This document shows positions 28,366-38,610 of a DNA stretch of 64,000 bases, piece after piece. Numbering within the stretch: the first letter of the stretch is position 1; the number at the start of each line of letters is the position of its first letter. A model generated the notes under the pieces. It saw only the letters and a program-made list of their open reading frames with translations. It made no database searches and had not been told where the DNA came from. Source of the DNA: a virus (lineage: Duplodnaviria > Caudoviricetes); IMG/VR virus record IMGVR_UViG_2623620477_000001, positions 10,075-74,074 of that record. One strand, written 5' to 3'. The position numbers were made by a program, and so were the translations under genes.

Positions 28366-28922
28366 AATTTGCCACTCACTATTACATAATTATTAAACTC
28401 CTCATAAGAGAAGTTCTTAGATAATTTGCGGAGATACTTCTTATATGCAGAAAATCCGTAAATCTTAATCTTATTGTGTCCAAGCGAATGTGCAATTGGT
28501 GTATAGCCATCTTTGGCAAACATCAAAAACACTTCCGCGCCATTATTTGCTATATTCTTAATTTTGGTTATTGCTCTTGGTTTGATATAAGATGGACTGT
28601 TGTAAAGGCTTACGATAGTGTCATATTTTTCAGACATATCCATTTCTTCAAACTTACAACACTGACATTTTTTATCACCATATTTAAGAATAAGTTTTTT
28701 CAACATCTTAAAACAAGGGTCTACACCATTGTAATCATAGGCGAACTCTGGAACTTTTTTGTATTTATACAAATCAATCAAAAGTCCTGTTCCGCAACCA
28801 ATGTCAAGAACCTTTCCATTTGCAGGAACTTTTTTTGCAACTTCATAATCCTCTTCTCTGTACTTTGCAGATGAAAAAAAGTTGTCGTAGTTATCTGCTA
28901 TTTCGTCATAATCTGCTTTCAC
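28362..28922 (-). CDS. Class I SAM-dependent methyltransferase
   Basis: YD.IA..YD, VLDIGCGTG, GVDP...ML. Confidence 0.85.
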   Translation of the reverse strand: MKADYDEIADNYDNFFSSAKYREEDYEVAKKVPANGKVLDIGCGTGLLIDLYKYKKVPEFAYDYNGVDPCFKMLKKLILKYGDKKCQCCKFEEMDMSEKYDTIVSLYNSPSYIKPRAITKIKNIANNGAEVFLMFAKDGYTPIAHSLGHNKIKIYGFSAYKKYLRKLSKNFSYEEFNNYVIVSGKL

Positions 28923-29782
28923 TGTGCTAAAATCTCCTGTATCTGTTCCATTGTAAGTTCAAACTGTGAATAGCAGAATGGACAAGTGAATGGCACTTTG
29001 TCTGTTGTTGGTGTAGAAGGATTTTGAACGGTTGTTACTTCTTCTGATGTCACACCTTCTTCTGGCTCAAAAATCTCAAATGGTGATGGCTCTGCGGTTT
29101 CAGAAGCGGTTTCGAATGATTCTCCGAACTGTGGTGTTTCCATGCTCTGCTGTGAATCAGCCCAAGTTTGTTCTACGCTACCGTCATTTCCTTTGAATAT
29201 ATCTTCTGTTGGATGTTGAGAAACACTTCCACCAATCTGCAGAGATGATGAAGGCATACTTGGCTGAATTGGTGGTACAGATGTCTGCGGTGCAGATCCG
29301 CCAATAACCATTGCATTACCCTTGCGAACCAAATCTCCCTTGGATTCAAAAGAGAAGTTAATTTTATCCATATGAATATTAAGGTCGTTCAAGTTAATTT
29401 TACAGTCTTTTGCGAAGAAGTTCAGAGAACCTTCGGTAATCTTTCCATAACGAGAGTTTACCTGTAAAACCTTCTCTTTTGCCTCTTCTTCATCTTTTGC
29501 ATCAACAAAAACAACTGGAATGTTATCAAGGATAAATCCTTCATCTTTCAACTGCTTAAGAGCAAGATAACGAGCCTTTCCATCAAGAATAACATTGTGG
29601 TTTTTCCAAACAAAAATCGGAAAAAGGAATCCATTCTCTTTCATTGAATCCTTAAGTCGCTCAATATCGTGGCTTGTTCTGTTTTTTATATCTGATGCAA
29701 ACGCTGTAATTTCAGCCAATGTCAATGTATCTTTTGTTTTACACTTATTAAGAATAGGTTTCATTCTACCAACCTCCACCAA
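28919..29782 (-). CDS. ParB N-terminal-like protein with C-terminal CxxC
   Basis: SMKENGFLFPIFVW, ILDGKAR, NSRYG, CPFC. Confidence 0.75.
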   Translation of the reverse strand: MVEVGRMKPILNKCKTKDTLTLAEITAFASDIKNRTSHDIERLKDSMKENGFLFPIFVWKNHNVILDGKARYLALKQLKDEGFILDNIPVVFVDAKDEEEAKEKVLQVNSRYGKITEGSLNFFAKDCKINLNDLNIHMDKINFSFESKGDLVRKGNAMVIGGSAPQTSVPPIQPSMPSSSLQIGGSVSQHPTEDIFKGNDGSVEQTWADSQQSMETPQFGESFETASETAEPSPFEIFEPEEGVTSEEVTTVQNPSTPTTDKVPFTCPFCYSQFELTMEQIQEILAQ

Positions 29783-30422
29783 TCTTCATTAAAAGGTCAT
29801 CCCTTTTTATACTCATTGTCTTGCCACAACAAGGACACTTAAATGAACACAACTGACTTGCAATTGCCTTGCGGTCGTTTTCAACCTTTTCTTGAATCCA
29901 ATCATTGTACTCGTTGATTGTAGCCTCTGACGGAGAAGAATCTGCAAATGTAGGCATATGGTCGATAGTTGTCTTAATAGGCTCTTTGACAACTACTGGC
30001 TTAATTTCCTTAAGTTCCTGTTCAAAACGGATATCGATTGATTTGAAATCAAAGTTCATACCCTTAGAGAACTGAACAAAAGAATTGTTTGTAATATCAC
30101 CAAAACGCGAGTTAATACGAAGCAATTTTTCTTTTGCATCATTGTCATTTTCGGCTGTGATATAAACTACTGGAAGCGGTGGGATTTCATATCCTTCTTT
30201 TTCGAGTTCATTTAATGCCAACTCTCTTCCGTGTCCATCAAGAATGTAATTCCAATTCTTATTCTTCCAAACGAAGAACGGGAAACTGAATCCATACTTA
30301 ATAATTGATTTCTTTACTTTATCAACATCCTGTTCATCACGGAACTTCAACTTTCCCTGAAACTTAGTAAGTTGATGAAGGTCAAGAAAATCGCCTGTAC
30401 TACAAGTAATTGCTATTTTCAT
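29766..30422 (-). CDS. ParB N-terminal-like protein with C-terminal CxxC (paralog of neighbour)
   Basis: SIIKYGFSFPFFVW, ILDGHGR, NSRFG, CPCCG. Confidence 0.78.
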   Translation of the reverse strand: MKIAITCSTGDFLDLHQLTKFQGKLKFRDEQDVDKVKKSIIKYGFSFPFFVWKNKNWNYILDGHGRELALNELEKEGYEIPPLPVVYITAENDNDAKEKLLRINSRFGDITNNSFVQFSKGMNFDFKSIDIRFEQELKEIKPVVVKEPIKTTIDHMPTFADSSPSEATINEYNDWIQEKVENDRKAIASQLCSFKCPCCGKTMSIKRDDLLMKIGGGW

Positions 30423-31039
30423 TTTTCATGCTCCCTTTTCTTTTCTGCATTATCATAATCAAACATTGGACTAATTCGTATTGGGCGACTTCCACAAACT
30501 ACGCTCTTGTTTTCTTCGTGCCCCGCAAGATTAGGAACAGTAACAAATATACTGTCATAGCCGTAACGTTCAAGAAATCTTCTAAAGAACAAATCATCGG
30601 CTTGCATTTTCATATATTTGTTATAAGCACTTACTGTTTTACATTCATCAGTAAGAAAGAACTCCAAAAAACCTTGCGAAATCTTTTTTGGAATGTATGT
30701 ACACAACATCCACCCCGCCTCTTTTGCAGGGTAAAAACCTTCTTTATCAATTATTTTATCACCATTGTACTCTGTTTTCCCTTTAAGGAATGGCGTTGAA
30801 AATACGATTACATTGTCGGGGTGTTGTTTCACCACGGCTCTGCACTTTCCCATAAAATCTTTGCAAAGGAGAATATCGTCTTGAATATATACGGCATCAT
30901 CGTCCGCCAATTCAATTGCTTTCAGAAAACTCCAAATGCAACCATTATGATTTACGTCATTTACAATAATTGGTTGATATAACAATCGTTCAAGGTATGA
31001 CGTATTTCTTTCTGGAACTTTGCGAATTACAAACTTCAT
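30419..31039 (-). CDS. Glycosyltransferase-like protein (paralog of 25944-26543)
   Basis: VYIQDDILLCKDF, DDLFF, PNLAGH. Confidence 0.62.
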   Translation of the reverse strand: MKFVIRKVPERNTSYLERLLYQPIIVNDVNHNGCIWSFLKAIELADDDAVYIQDDILLCKDFMGKCRAVVKQHPDNVIVFSTPFLKGKTEYNGDKIIDKEGFYPAKEAGWMLCTYIPKKISQGFLEFFLTDECKTVSAYNKYMKMQADDLFFRRFLERYGYDSIFVTVPNLAGHEENKSVVCGSRPIRISPMFDYDNAEKKREHEK

Positions 31040-31078
31040 TTTCCACCCGAAATACTTAGTTTGGTAGTAGTTTTTGGC

Positions 31079-31115
31079 AAAAAAAATGCTACACTAGATA
31101 TATTTAGTGTAGCAT
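31079..31115 (-). terminator. Rho-independent terminator overlapping a promoter -10
   Basis: ATGCTACACTA-N8-TAGTGTAGCAT followed by a T7 run. Confidence 0.7.
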
Positions 31116-31152
31116 CGGTATAAAAAATTGTCAAATAGTTCGCACGTGCGAA
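31106..31152 (-). promoter_or_regulatory. Sigma70 promoter for modification/packaging operon with palindrome abutting -35
   Basis: TTCGCACGTGCGAA-ctat-TTGACA-17nt-TACACT. Confidence 0.75.
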
Positions 31153-31155
31153 ATG

Positions 31156-31836
31156 CTAGATTCTGTCAAGCCAATAGATTTTTGGCATTCGTTTTGGGTC
31201 ATCGATAAGACCTCTATTCATCACCCAAGTTGTATTCATAGGATCTCCCATTGTCCAATACTGCATATCATCAACACATAATACAGTATAAACAGTCTTG
31301 AGCATCTTCTGACGTTCACCATACTTTCTGATAAACATAGCCCAACGTTCAAACTCTGCTCTATTCTTTTTGCAAGAATCACAGAATCCACTGCACTTTC
31401 CATCTTCTTTCTTTTTCCAACAAGGATAATTGATGATGTACTGATGTGGACAAAAATCTTTCATTGTAGAAGAAGACTTCCAATAATTTCGCGCAATATA
31501 CGCCTTAAACTCACTCATTTCTGCCATCGAAGGTCTTGGATGGTCGGGAGGCAATTCACCCCTTACATTTGGTTGAGGTAAACAAGAAGTTGCTAATTCT
31601 TCCTGTGTTTGTTTTACCTCAAATACATATTCCTCACAATAACTCTGCTCTTGAAATCCACCAATAATTACTCTCTCAACATCTTCCTTTTGATTGACGA
31701 AGAGCACTTGGCAAACGAGACCTTTCTTTTCATATGCTGGCTTTAATCGCTGACTGTGTTCTACATTCATATTACCTTCTACGATTGTAGGAATACCGTC
31801 ATCAAATAAGTCAGGTGTCAGATCCTTAAGTTTCAT
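31156..31836 (-). CDS. Hypothetical protein
   Basis: 226 aa; PHQYI...FIRKYG...YWTMG segment; Cys cluster. Confidence 0.7.
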   Translation of the reverse strand: MKLKDLTPDLFDDGIPTIVEGNMNVEHSQRLKPAYEKKGLVCQVLFVNQKEDVERVIIGGFQEQSYCEEYVFEVKQTQEELATSCLPQPNVRGELPPDHPRPSMAEMSEFKAYIARNYWKSSSTMKDFCPHQYIINYPCWKKKEDGKCSGFCDSCKKNRAEFERWAMFIRKYGERQKMLKTVYTVLCVDDMQYWTMGDPMNTTWVMNRGLIDDPKRMPKIYWLDRI

Positions 31837-32544
31837 TTACGCTCCTTTCTTTTTATTATCGTCATGTTTTGCAGTAAAGATTTCAACATAATCTTTATAA
31901 AGACCACTTTTTTCAAGATAATTCATTACATCTTTTATTCGCTTTTCAAGAACCCACAAGTTTTCTTCCTGTCTCATTTCGAACTCTACTTCGTGGACAT
32001 CGCGAGGAATCCTTGACTCTTTATAATCAGCAACGAGATATTCAAAAGTGTTTATTCCCGTACAAAGAGAATACATATAATGCTGACTACGTTTTACATA
32101 ATGATAACCACCTTTGTACTTTCCTGTAGTCTTAATATCGATAATTTTATTTGGGAACATAATATCTGCATAGCCAAATAAATGGAACTCTTTGTCTCCG
32201 AATTGAACGTCTTTCATAACGGGAACTTGCTGTTGCCCATTACGACATTTCTGCGCAATTTTTAATGTCGGATAAACAGCAATGTCGACATCATAGCCTT
32301 TTACTCCTCTCGCCTCGTACCACTGTCTTGCATACATTTTGAACTGTTCGTCATTTAAATTATTGCAGTTCTGACAGACAAGATTTTCAAAATCAATTCC
32401 TCTCTGACACGCTTCGGAAGTTGGTCGCTCCTCTCGTTTTATCATTGCGATAAACTCTTGAACCGCTCTGTCCTTCCAATCTTTTGGACAAGATATAAGC
32501 CAATCATAACTGTCCAATAAACTACTTGTGATTAAATATTTCAT
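31837..32544 (-). CDS. PD-(D/E)XK nuclease-like (exonuclease) protein
   Basis: RGIDFE, GYAD...IIDIKTT...Q...Y motif. Confidence 0.75.
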   Translation of the reverse strand: MKYLITSSLLDSYDWLISCPKDWKDRAVQEFIAMIKREERPTSEACQRGIDFENLVCQNCNNLNDEQFKMYARQWYEARGVKGYDVDIAVYPTLKIAQKCRNGQQQVPVMKDVQFGDKEFHLFGYADIMFPNKIIDIKTTGKYKGGYHYVKRSQHYMYSLCTGINTFEYLVADYKESRIPRDVHEVEFEMRQEENLWVLEKRIKDVMNYLEKSGLYKDYVEIFTAKHDDNKKKGA

Positions 32545-32736
32545 TCAGCCTCCTCACCTATTTCTTGCAAATCATAATAATTTCTTGAATAATTTTTACC
32601 GATAAGCCAATATAGTTTTTCTTTTGCTTCATCTTCGTCTTTCGCCCAAAACTCGATAACCATTCCTTTTTTTGTAACTTCATCAGAAATATCTGCTTTA
32701 TACTTTTTTAAGTCTAACAACTTGCCCCTCCATTTT

Positions 32737-33036
32737 CTACATTACAGAAGATTCCATATCTACATCGCAGTAGTTTCCGTAGAATAAAATATTGAACTCG
32801 TCTTCGTCTGTCCAAACTCCATTTTCATCACAAACCTGTGCACATTCATAAAGTTTATCAACAATAGAATCCTCAAGTTCTCTTACTTTATCTACGGTTA
32901 TATCAAATCGTTCTGCAATTCCCTTGAAAGTAAAAATACGATTTCCCGAAGTTGTTCCTGCACAACCTTTTACAACCATATAATTTGCTATGGCTTCAAC
33001 AAAAAGTTCTTCTTTAATTGCATAAGGCTTATTCAT
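32737..33036 (-). CDS. Hypothetical protein
   Basis: ORF with RBS, overlapping upstream gene. Confidence 0.6.
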   Translation of the reverse strand: MNKPYAIKEELFVEAIANYMVVKGCAGTTSGNRIFTFKGIAERFDITVDKVRELEDSIVDKLYECAQVCDENGVWTDEDEFNILFYGNYCDVDMESSVM

Positions 33037-33517
33037 ATTCTGCTCCTATCAACACAGACAAGATATGAGTCTTATCCTCATCATCAACCATAGCAGTACA
33101 GAACCTTTTCTTGAGATCCTCAATCTGCTCATCAGTGAGAGAACTAAGATTATCTTCTTCATCGTGATTACAAATCAAAGCATTTCCGACCAACATTGGC
33201 TGGTGATTACTGTCAAAAACACTTGGAATTGCAGGTTGTCTGTACAATCCTTCGTCATCTACGACGAAATCATACCAATTGTCTCCGACCTTTCTCTCTG
33301 TAACGTCGATAAGCTCACAATCGCATAATTTATACAGATTATCAAGAGTGTCTTCGAACTCAACAACATTTACCCCTTTCATTTTGTAAACATCTATCAA
33401 CAGTCCTTTGATAACAGGTTTTCCTGTGCCTGTTTCAAGTTCATAATAATCTTGAAGGACAATATTTTCTGCCTCAGAAAGTTTTTCTTTTACCTTTTCA
33501 CAAGTTTCTTCTTTCAT
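33029..33517 (-). CDS. DUF3846-like protein
   Basis: TLDNLY.L..C..I, VVDDEGL, LVGN....D.E....SLTDEQI. Confidence 0.7.
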   Translation of the reverse strand: MKEETCEKVKEKLSEAENIVLQDYYELETGTGKPVIKGLLIDVYKMKGVNVVEFEDTLDNLYKLCDCELIDVTERKVGDNWYDFVVDDEGLYRQPAIPSVFDSNHQPMLVGNALICNHDEEDNLSSLTDEQIEDLKKRFCTAMVDDEDKTHILSVLIGAEYE

Positions 33518-33679
33518 TACAAACCTCCTATTTTCCTATAAAATAATAAGCATCTGACACAGCCTGTTCTTCTTTTCTGTTCATTACCATACAGAACATA
33601 CAAGCATCACCTTCTCCGTAAAAATCTGCTACCAAAGTAACATCGCCACCGTGCCTTACATACACCTTGTATTTCTTCA

Positions 33680-34516
33680 TTACTTTCCTCCTTTCTTTTC
33701 AAGTAATATTCCTTTTTCCAAAGCCAACTTTTCTGCATCAAATCCACATCGCTTACAGTCATAATAAGTGATGTAAACTGAACCTTTTTCGTTCATCTTG
33801 AACTTATCTCTGAACGCATTTTCCATAGCACCTGCCTGTAATGCGTATCCATACCCTTTGCTAAATCTTTTTTCTGTACACTTAGGAAATGTTTCCAACC
33901 ACTTAAACCCTTGTCGTCTAAACATAGCAGTATGCGCAATCGGATAAGCCATTTTCTGCAGATTGAACGGTTGCTGATAATCTTTTATCTCTATCCCACA
34001 GCCATAAACTGAATTATTGCAATGAGATACAATAGGCATTATATCAATCTTTACTCTGATTCCTATTTTCTCAAGCAATATGCACAACTTCAAAACTGCC
34101 ATTCCAGACTTCATCAATTCCTCACTTGTCTGATTGCAATTTCCTGTGTTATTGAAGTAGATGTGCATAAACTTCTTTTCAATCTTCTTTCTTGGAGTAT
34201 TTGCCCACATCGCTTTCGGAACTCCTTTTATTGCAGCGGGTACTATCGGTGCAAATCCTGCCATATTTGGTTTATGTTTTACACATATCCTTTCTACTTG
34301 TTTGGAATACTTCTGCAATTCAGTTTTCATATCATCTACTTTCGCAGACCAACCTTTTGCAAGTAAATCTTCTGCAATTTCAAATGTTTTAGTTCCACTC
34401 CAAGAACTGATTTGTTGACTTGAATGATTATAACGCATAACTTCATTGGTTTTTCTGCTGTTTATTATATTGTCAAACTCATAAATGCTCTTAAACTTCT
34501 CAAACTGCAAATCCAT
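33680..34516 (-). CDS. vWA/CobT-like partner of AAA ATPase
   Basis: GFAPIVP.AI.G.P..M, IKDY.QP, AHTAMFRR.GF; directly follows a MoxR-like ATPase. Confidence 0.65.
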   Translation of the reverse strand: MDLQFEKFKSIYEFDNIINSRKTNEVMRYNHSSQQISSWSGTKTFEIAEDLLAKGWSAKVDDMKTELQKYSKQVERICVKHKPNMAGFAPIVPAAIKGVPKAMWANTPRKKIEKKFMHIYFNNTGNCNQTSEELMKSGMAVLKLCILLEKIGIRVKIDIMPIVSHCNNSVYGCGIEIKDYQQPFNLQKMAYPIAHTAMFRRQGFKWLETFPKCTEKRFSKGYGYALQAGAMENAFRDKFKMNEKGSVYITYYDCKRCGFDAEKLALEKGILLEKKGGK

Positions 34517-34526
34517 GACCTACCTC

Positions 34527-35645
34527 CTACGCTGTAAGTTCGAACTCCTGCTGTTCTGGAATCTTCCACTTTACATTCTCACCTTTGCACGCTCTGTAGT
34601 ACAAGTTATTTTTATCAATCATATTGTTCAGAATGTTCTGCAAGTCATCATCTGCCATTGTTCGAATCAAGCAATCTCTCATAACTTCTTTCAGCGTCAA
34701 TTCACCTTTCATACTAACAATCTGCTTTAAGTTTCGATAACTTACTATAACCAAGATTCCGTTCTTTTCTGTCTGTCTGCGGAACGCATCAATGAAATCG
34801 ACCAATTCTTCATCACCTTCCGCAATACTCATTTCAACCTGTCTGTTGTAATCAACACGGATTGGAACGAATCGGTTCAGTGTTGAAGCATCCAACTGCT
34901 CACCAAGATACTGTTCGTCAGAACCTGTTCCTATTGTGTTAGTTGCACTCATAAACACAAGTGCCTTAAACTCAAGGTGTTCGTCGTTCGGGAACGTGAA
35001 CTCTTTCTTATCCAACGCTTCATTGAATATCTTCAAAACCTCACCGTCTGAACAATCCATTTCATCAAACAAGAACACCGCTTTACGACCCTCGGCTACT
35101 GCCTTACAAGCATCATAAAACGGTGTTTTCACAAACCTCGAATTGGCATCTACAAACCCTGTCAGTCCGTACTCATTCTTTACGGCATTGACTTCATAGA
35201 ACTCTGCATCGAATAACTCGGCAACCTTTCTTGCCAAGAAACCTTTTCCTGTTCCCGCAGGACCAACCATTTGAACATTGTTTCCTTTCTTTGCATACGA
35301 AACAATCTTGTTGAACACTGGCGGTAACGTTACATTTGACTTTTGCTTATCAGCAAGCATCATCTTTGGCTTTGGCTTCAAGTCATAATCATCAGCCAAT
35401 CTCTTCACCACTGAATCTGCAATCCTTTTTGCAATCTGTTCATCTTCCATTTCATTCCCCTTGTATTCGATTGGATAAGATATAAACCTACCCATAGATT
35501 TGCCGAAGTAGATAGAACCTTCCTTCTGAAGTTCCCTCAAAACATCCCATACTTTGTGAGATGTTGTTCCAAGCCTATCTGCAATCTCTGCAGCCGTGAT
35601 TCCGTTTCCCTTGTCTCTTACGACTTCCAATACATCTTCTTTCAT
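34527..35645 (-). CDS. MoxR/CobS-like AAA+ ATPase with N-terminal wHTH
   Basis: GPAGTGKG, LFDEMD, ATNT.G.G, LDASTLNRF. Confidence 0.88.
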   Translation of the reverse strand: MKEDVLEVVRDKGNGITAAEIADRLGTTSHKVWDVLRELQKEGSIYFGKSMGRFISYPIEYKGNEMEDEQIAKRIADSVVKRLADDYDLKPKPKMMLADKQKSNVTLPPVFNKIVSYAKKGNNVQMVGPAGTGKGFLARKVAELFDAEFYEVNAVKNEYGLTGFVDANSRFVKTPFYDACKAVAEGRKAVFLFDEMDCSDGEVLKIFNEALDKKEFTFPNDEHLEFKALVFMSATNTIGTGSDEQYLGEQLDASTLNRFVPIRVDYNRQVEMSIAEGDEELVDFIDAFRRQTEKNGILVIVSYRNLKQIVSMKGELTLKEVMRDCLIRTMADDDLQNILNNMIDKNNLYYRACKGENVKWKIPEQQEFELTA

Positions 35646-35656
35646 TACCAACCTCC

Positions 35657-35899
35657 TTAGCAATAAACAACCACACACCAAGAGTTAGAGTCATTTTCAT
35701 CACCTTGCCAAATCATAAAGTCGATTACGTGTTCAGTGAGAACTTTTCGAATACTCTCAAGATAACCTTCTAAAATAACCTTTGCTTTTTCAGAAAGCAT
35801 ACAGAAGTGCAATTCACCGCCGTAATTTACGGACTCCCATTCTTCTCCAAGTACTGACAATGTGTTTTGCATTGCTTCGAACAACTCGTTATCTTTCAT
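35657..35899 (-). CDS. Hypothetical protein
   Basis: First ORF after a strong promoter. Confidence 0.6.
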   Translation of the reverse strand: MKDNELFEAMQNTLSVLGEEWESVNYGGELHFCMLSEKAKVILEGYLESIRKVLTEHVIDFMIWQGDENDSNSWCVVVYC

Positions 35900-35914
35900 T
35901 CCTTACCACCTTAC

Positions 35915-35992
35915 TTCGCACGTGCGAAGATTTTTTATAAGTTATAATTTAGTTTATGATTCTATTATAACGTGTCGGTGGTCTTCTGTCAA
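35915..35992 (-). promoter_or_regulatory. Consensus sigma70 promoter with downstream palindrome
   Basis: TTGACA-17nt-TATAAT-AGAATCATA; palindrome at 35915-35928. Confidence 0.85.
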
Positions 35993-36744
35993 GCGAAAGA
36001 AGAAAATATAATTCTGTTATAACTGTATTGCACGAAGGTTACGCAGTTTGTATTTTGAAGGATTTTTCTGTAATTTTCTTATCAAGAGAGTCAAAGAAGT
36101 AATCAATATAATTCGTCATAACCTCAAGTTTCGCTTGATTAGAAACAAGGGTTTCTAAGGCACTTAAAGCAGATCCCGATAGCCTGGTCTTTACTTCAAG
36201 TATTTCATTCCACTGTTCTTCAGAAAGTGAATAAAGTGGCATCGCTTTTTGTAATAACTCACGGTTCGTCATTTCTTCACTTCCTTGCTAAGTTCTTCAA
36301 TCAGTATTTGCTTTGCTTCTTCGTATAACTTAGAACCTTTTGGAAGTGTTTCTGCGTATTCCCAGAGTGCTTTTAATTCCTGCTTATCCATAATAGACCT
36401 CCTTTGTCACAAGGTCTATTATCGGGTCAGTTTACTACGGTAGCAACTTGAAGTCGCTTGAATTGCACTTGAATCGTGTCTTTAATCGAGGTTTTCACCA
36501 CCGTTGTAAGGTAGTGCACGCAATTTTCCTAGAATCTTCTGATGTGCTTCATCGCCATAAGCACCTTCAAGAATATGTTTAGCTTGTCTTTCAGTGAACG
36601 GCAAAGCCTTTTCTAAATCATCAACATCACAATAATCTCCAACAGTTACAGAAAATGGTTCTACGCTATCAGTTCTGCGAAGAGTTCGTGCTTCACCTAT
36701 ATAATATTCGCCACCGTCATATTTAAGAATAAACAGTTTCTCTT

Positions 36745-37143
36745 TCATTGTTCCTTCTCCCATAATTCCCATTTGCTCTTTGTTTTCAAACATTCAAACT
36801 CGTCATCATAACTCATAAGATTACACTTTAATTCGTCACCCCAAAAACTATGATGTTTACAGTTTTCACAGCATTTTAATTTCTGAACCAATATTTCGAG
36901 TTCGACATTTCTTTGACAAAGAATCATAGACTGGTTAGCCAAGTTCTCATTACTTTTTTCGAGTTCTTTAATGCGTTCTTTCAGAAGTTTTATTGCTTCG
37001 GTTTCTGGAAGGTCACATACTACAGGATTGCAAGTAGCGTGTAACATCTGTTCCATAACTTTATTTGCTTCTTCCTGTCCTTTAATAAAACCGTCTCTTA
37101 GACCTTCTTCATAAGTCTTTAGTCTTTCAATAGCGTCACTCAT
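36745..37143 (-). CDS. Hypothetical coiled-coil/Cys protein
   Basis: KLKCCENCKH motif similar to nearby paralogous ORFs. Confidence 0.6.
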   Translation of the reverse strand: MSDAIERLKTYEEGLRDGFIKGQEEANKVMEQMLHATCNPVVCDLPETEAIKLLKERIKELEKSNENLANQSMILCQRNVELEILVQKLKCCENCKHHSFWGDELKCNLMSYDDEFECLKTKSKWELWEKEQ

Positions 37144-37790
37144 TACTCGCTCTCCTTTTCTTTTGCGTATTTTGCCATTAACTCCTCTGTCGTTTCACAG
37201 AGATTTCTTTCTCTTGCTGACTTCATCTTTGCGGTGATAGTCTGCGGTGAGTACAAGTCGATTTCTTTCTGCATTTTGCCCTGTAACTTCAAGTCGAGAA
37301 TCTGTCTTTCAGAATCAGTCAGATTTAGTTTCTCTGGCTTATGGATTGCAAAGACATAGTTCATCTTGGTATAAAACATCACGCAGTAAATCAAGTGAAT
37401 CGCAAACGGAGTTATACCAAGTCGCTTCATCGTGTAAGCAACGAATACGTTTACAAGATAAATCCACGGTGCTACTTTTCTCAACTTAGGGTCTGCACCC
37501 ATAGCAACTAACATAAAGAATATCGTTGCGTAGTTGTAGAAGTTGTTGATATAGACAAGAGTACAGGCAAAGATTACCAAACTCCAAGCAAGCCCTTTTC
37601 TTCCAAACAGAAAGATAAACAGAGCAATTAGTCCGCATCCACCTGCTCTAAGATACCAGTAATATTCAATATCTCCTACCTTCCATTCGTAAACGTGTAA
37701 GCCGATTAGAACGATATGAAGTAACATTATCAGAGCAAGTTGCTTATCGTTCTTTAATAATTCTATTCTGTTGCGTAACCACTTAAACAT
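37143..37790 (-). CDS. Multi-pass membrane protein with C-terminal HTH (LuxR-like)
   Basis: About 5-6 hydrophobic helices, then LTDSERQIL.L...G..QKEI...SPQTI. Confidence 0.65.
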   Translation of the reverse strand: MFKWLRNRIELLKNDKQLALIMLLHIVLIGLHVYEWKVGDIEYYWYLRAGGCGLIALFIFLFGRKGLAWSLVIFACTLVYINNFYNYATIFFMLVAMGADPKLRKVAPWIYLVNVFVAYTMKRLGITPFAIHLIYCVMFYTKMNYVFAIHKPEKLNLTDSERQILDLKLQGKMQKEIDLYSPQTITAKMKSARERNLCETTEELMAKYAKEKESE

Positions 37791-37995
37791 TACTTAGTCT
37801 CCTTATGACTTTAATATTCTTTTAATCTGTTTTAATAGTTCTTCTAACTGTTCTTCATCCCAGTTTGTAGCACCGTCTAATGCTAAGTCACAAACATTAT
37901 CTATTTGTTTTACTTTTTCCATTATTTTTTTATTTTCTTCTTGTAAATTGTGTATTATGTTTTTTTCTTCCTCTGTCATAAAACACCTCAATTAT

Positions 37996-38247
37996 TTATC
38001 GGCAGGTTCTTCTTTCCAAAATATTCTTTTTATAAATGATATATCCACCTCTTACAGAGTTCTCACTACAAGAGTAAGATTGTGCAAGGATAAGATAATC
38101 AGCAGATTCTTCAAGAAGGAATCCAACTGTTTCAATCGGCTTGATTTCGTCTTTAAGATTTTTTACATCTTCAACATCCTGCCACCTGTCTGCAAGTAAT
38201 GAATAACCAGAATCAATCCATTTTACATAAACAATATGGTCTGTCAT
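37996..38247 (-). CDS. Hypothetical phage protein
   Basis: VYVKWIDS...TVGFLL......LAQS motif. Confidence 0.65.
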   Translation of the reverse strand: MTDHIVYVKWIDSGYSLLADRWQDVEDVKNLKDEIKPIETVGFLLEESADYLILAQSYSCSENSVRGGYIIYKKNILERRTCR

Positions 38248-38610
38248 TTACTTTGTCTCCATTCTAAAATAATCATAAGGAAGTTCTTTTAGAATCTTTA
38301 CATTTCGTAACAAAGGTTCATTATCAGCACCTTTTCCAACCTCGTCACCAGTTACAACAAATATCTTTGTATTTTTATCGCATCCGCAACAATCATCTGG
38401 AAATGCTGAACTTGAAAAATCTCCGTGAGTACAGGAATTAGCGTGTAATGGTGCTACCAAGTGATAACCGTCTGAAAGTTTTATAGCGTTCCAAACCGAA
38501 ACCCCTTCCTCGTAACCAATACATTTATATCCGTCTCCAACAATACCATTACCGATTTTACTTTTCTCATTTTCTGGGATTTTTCCAAATCGTATATATA
38601 ACCCATTCAT
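38248..38610 (-). CDS. Hypothetical phage protein
   Basis: YIRFG.IP..EKS, E.GVSV, VTGDEVG.G.D.EPLL motifs. Confidence 0.65.
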   Translation of the reverse strand: MNGLYIRFGKIPENEKSKIGNGIVGDGYKCIGYEEGVSVWNAIKLSDGYHLVAPLHANSCTHGDFSSSAFPDDCCGCDKNTKIFVVTGDEVGKGADNEPLLRNVKILKELPYDYFRMETK

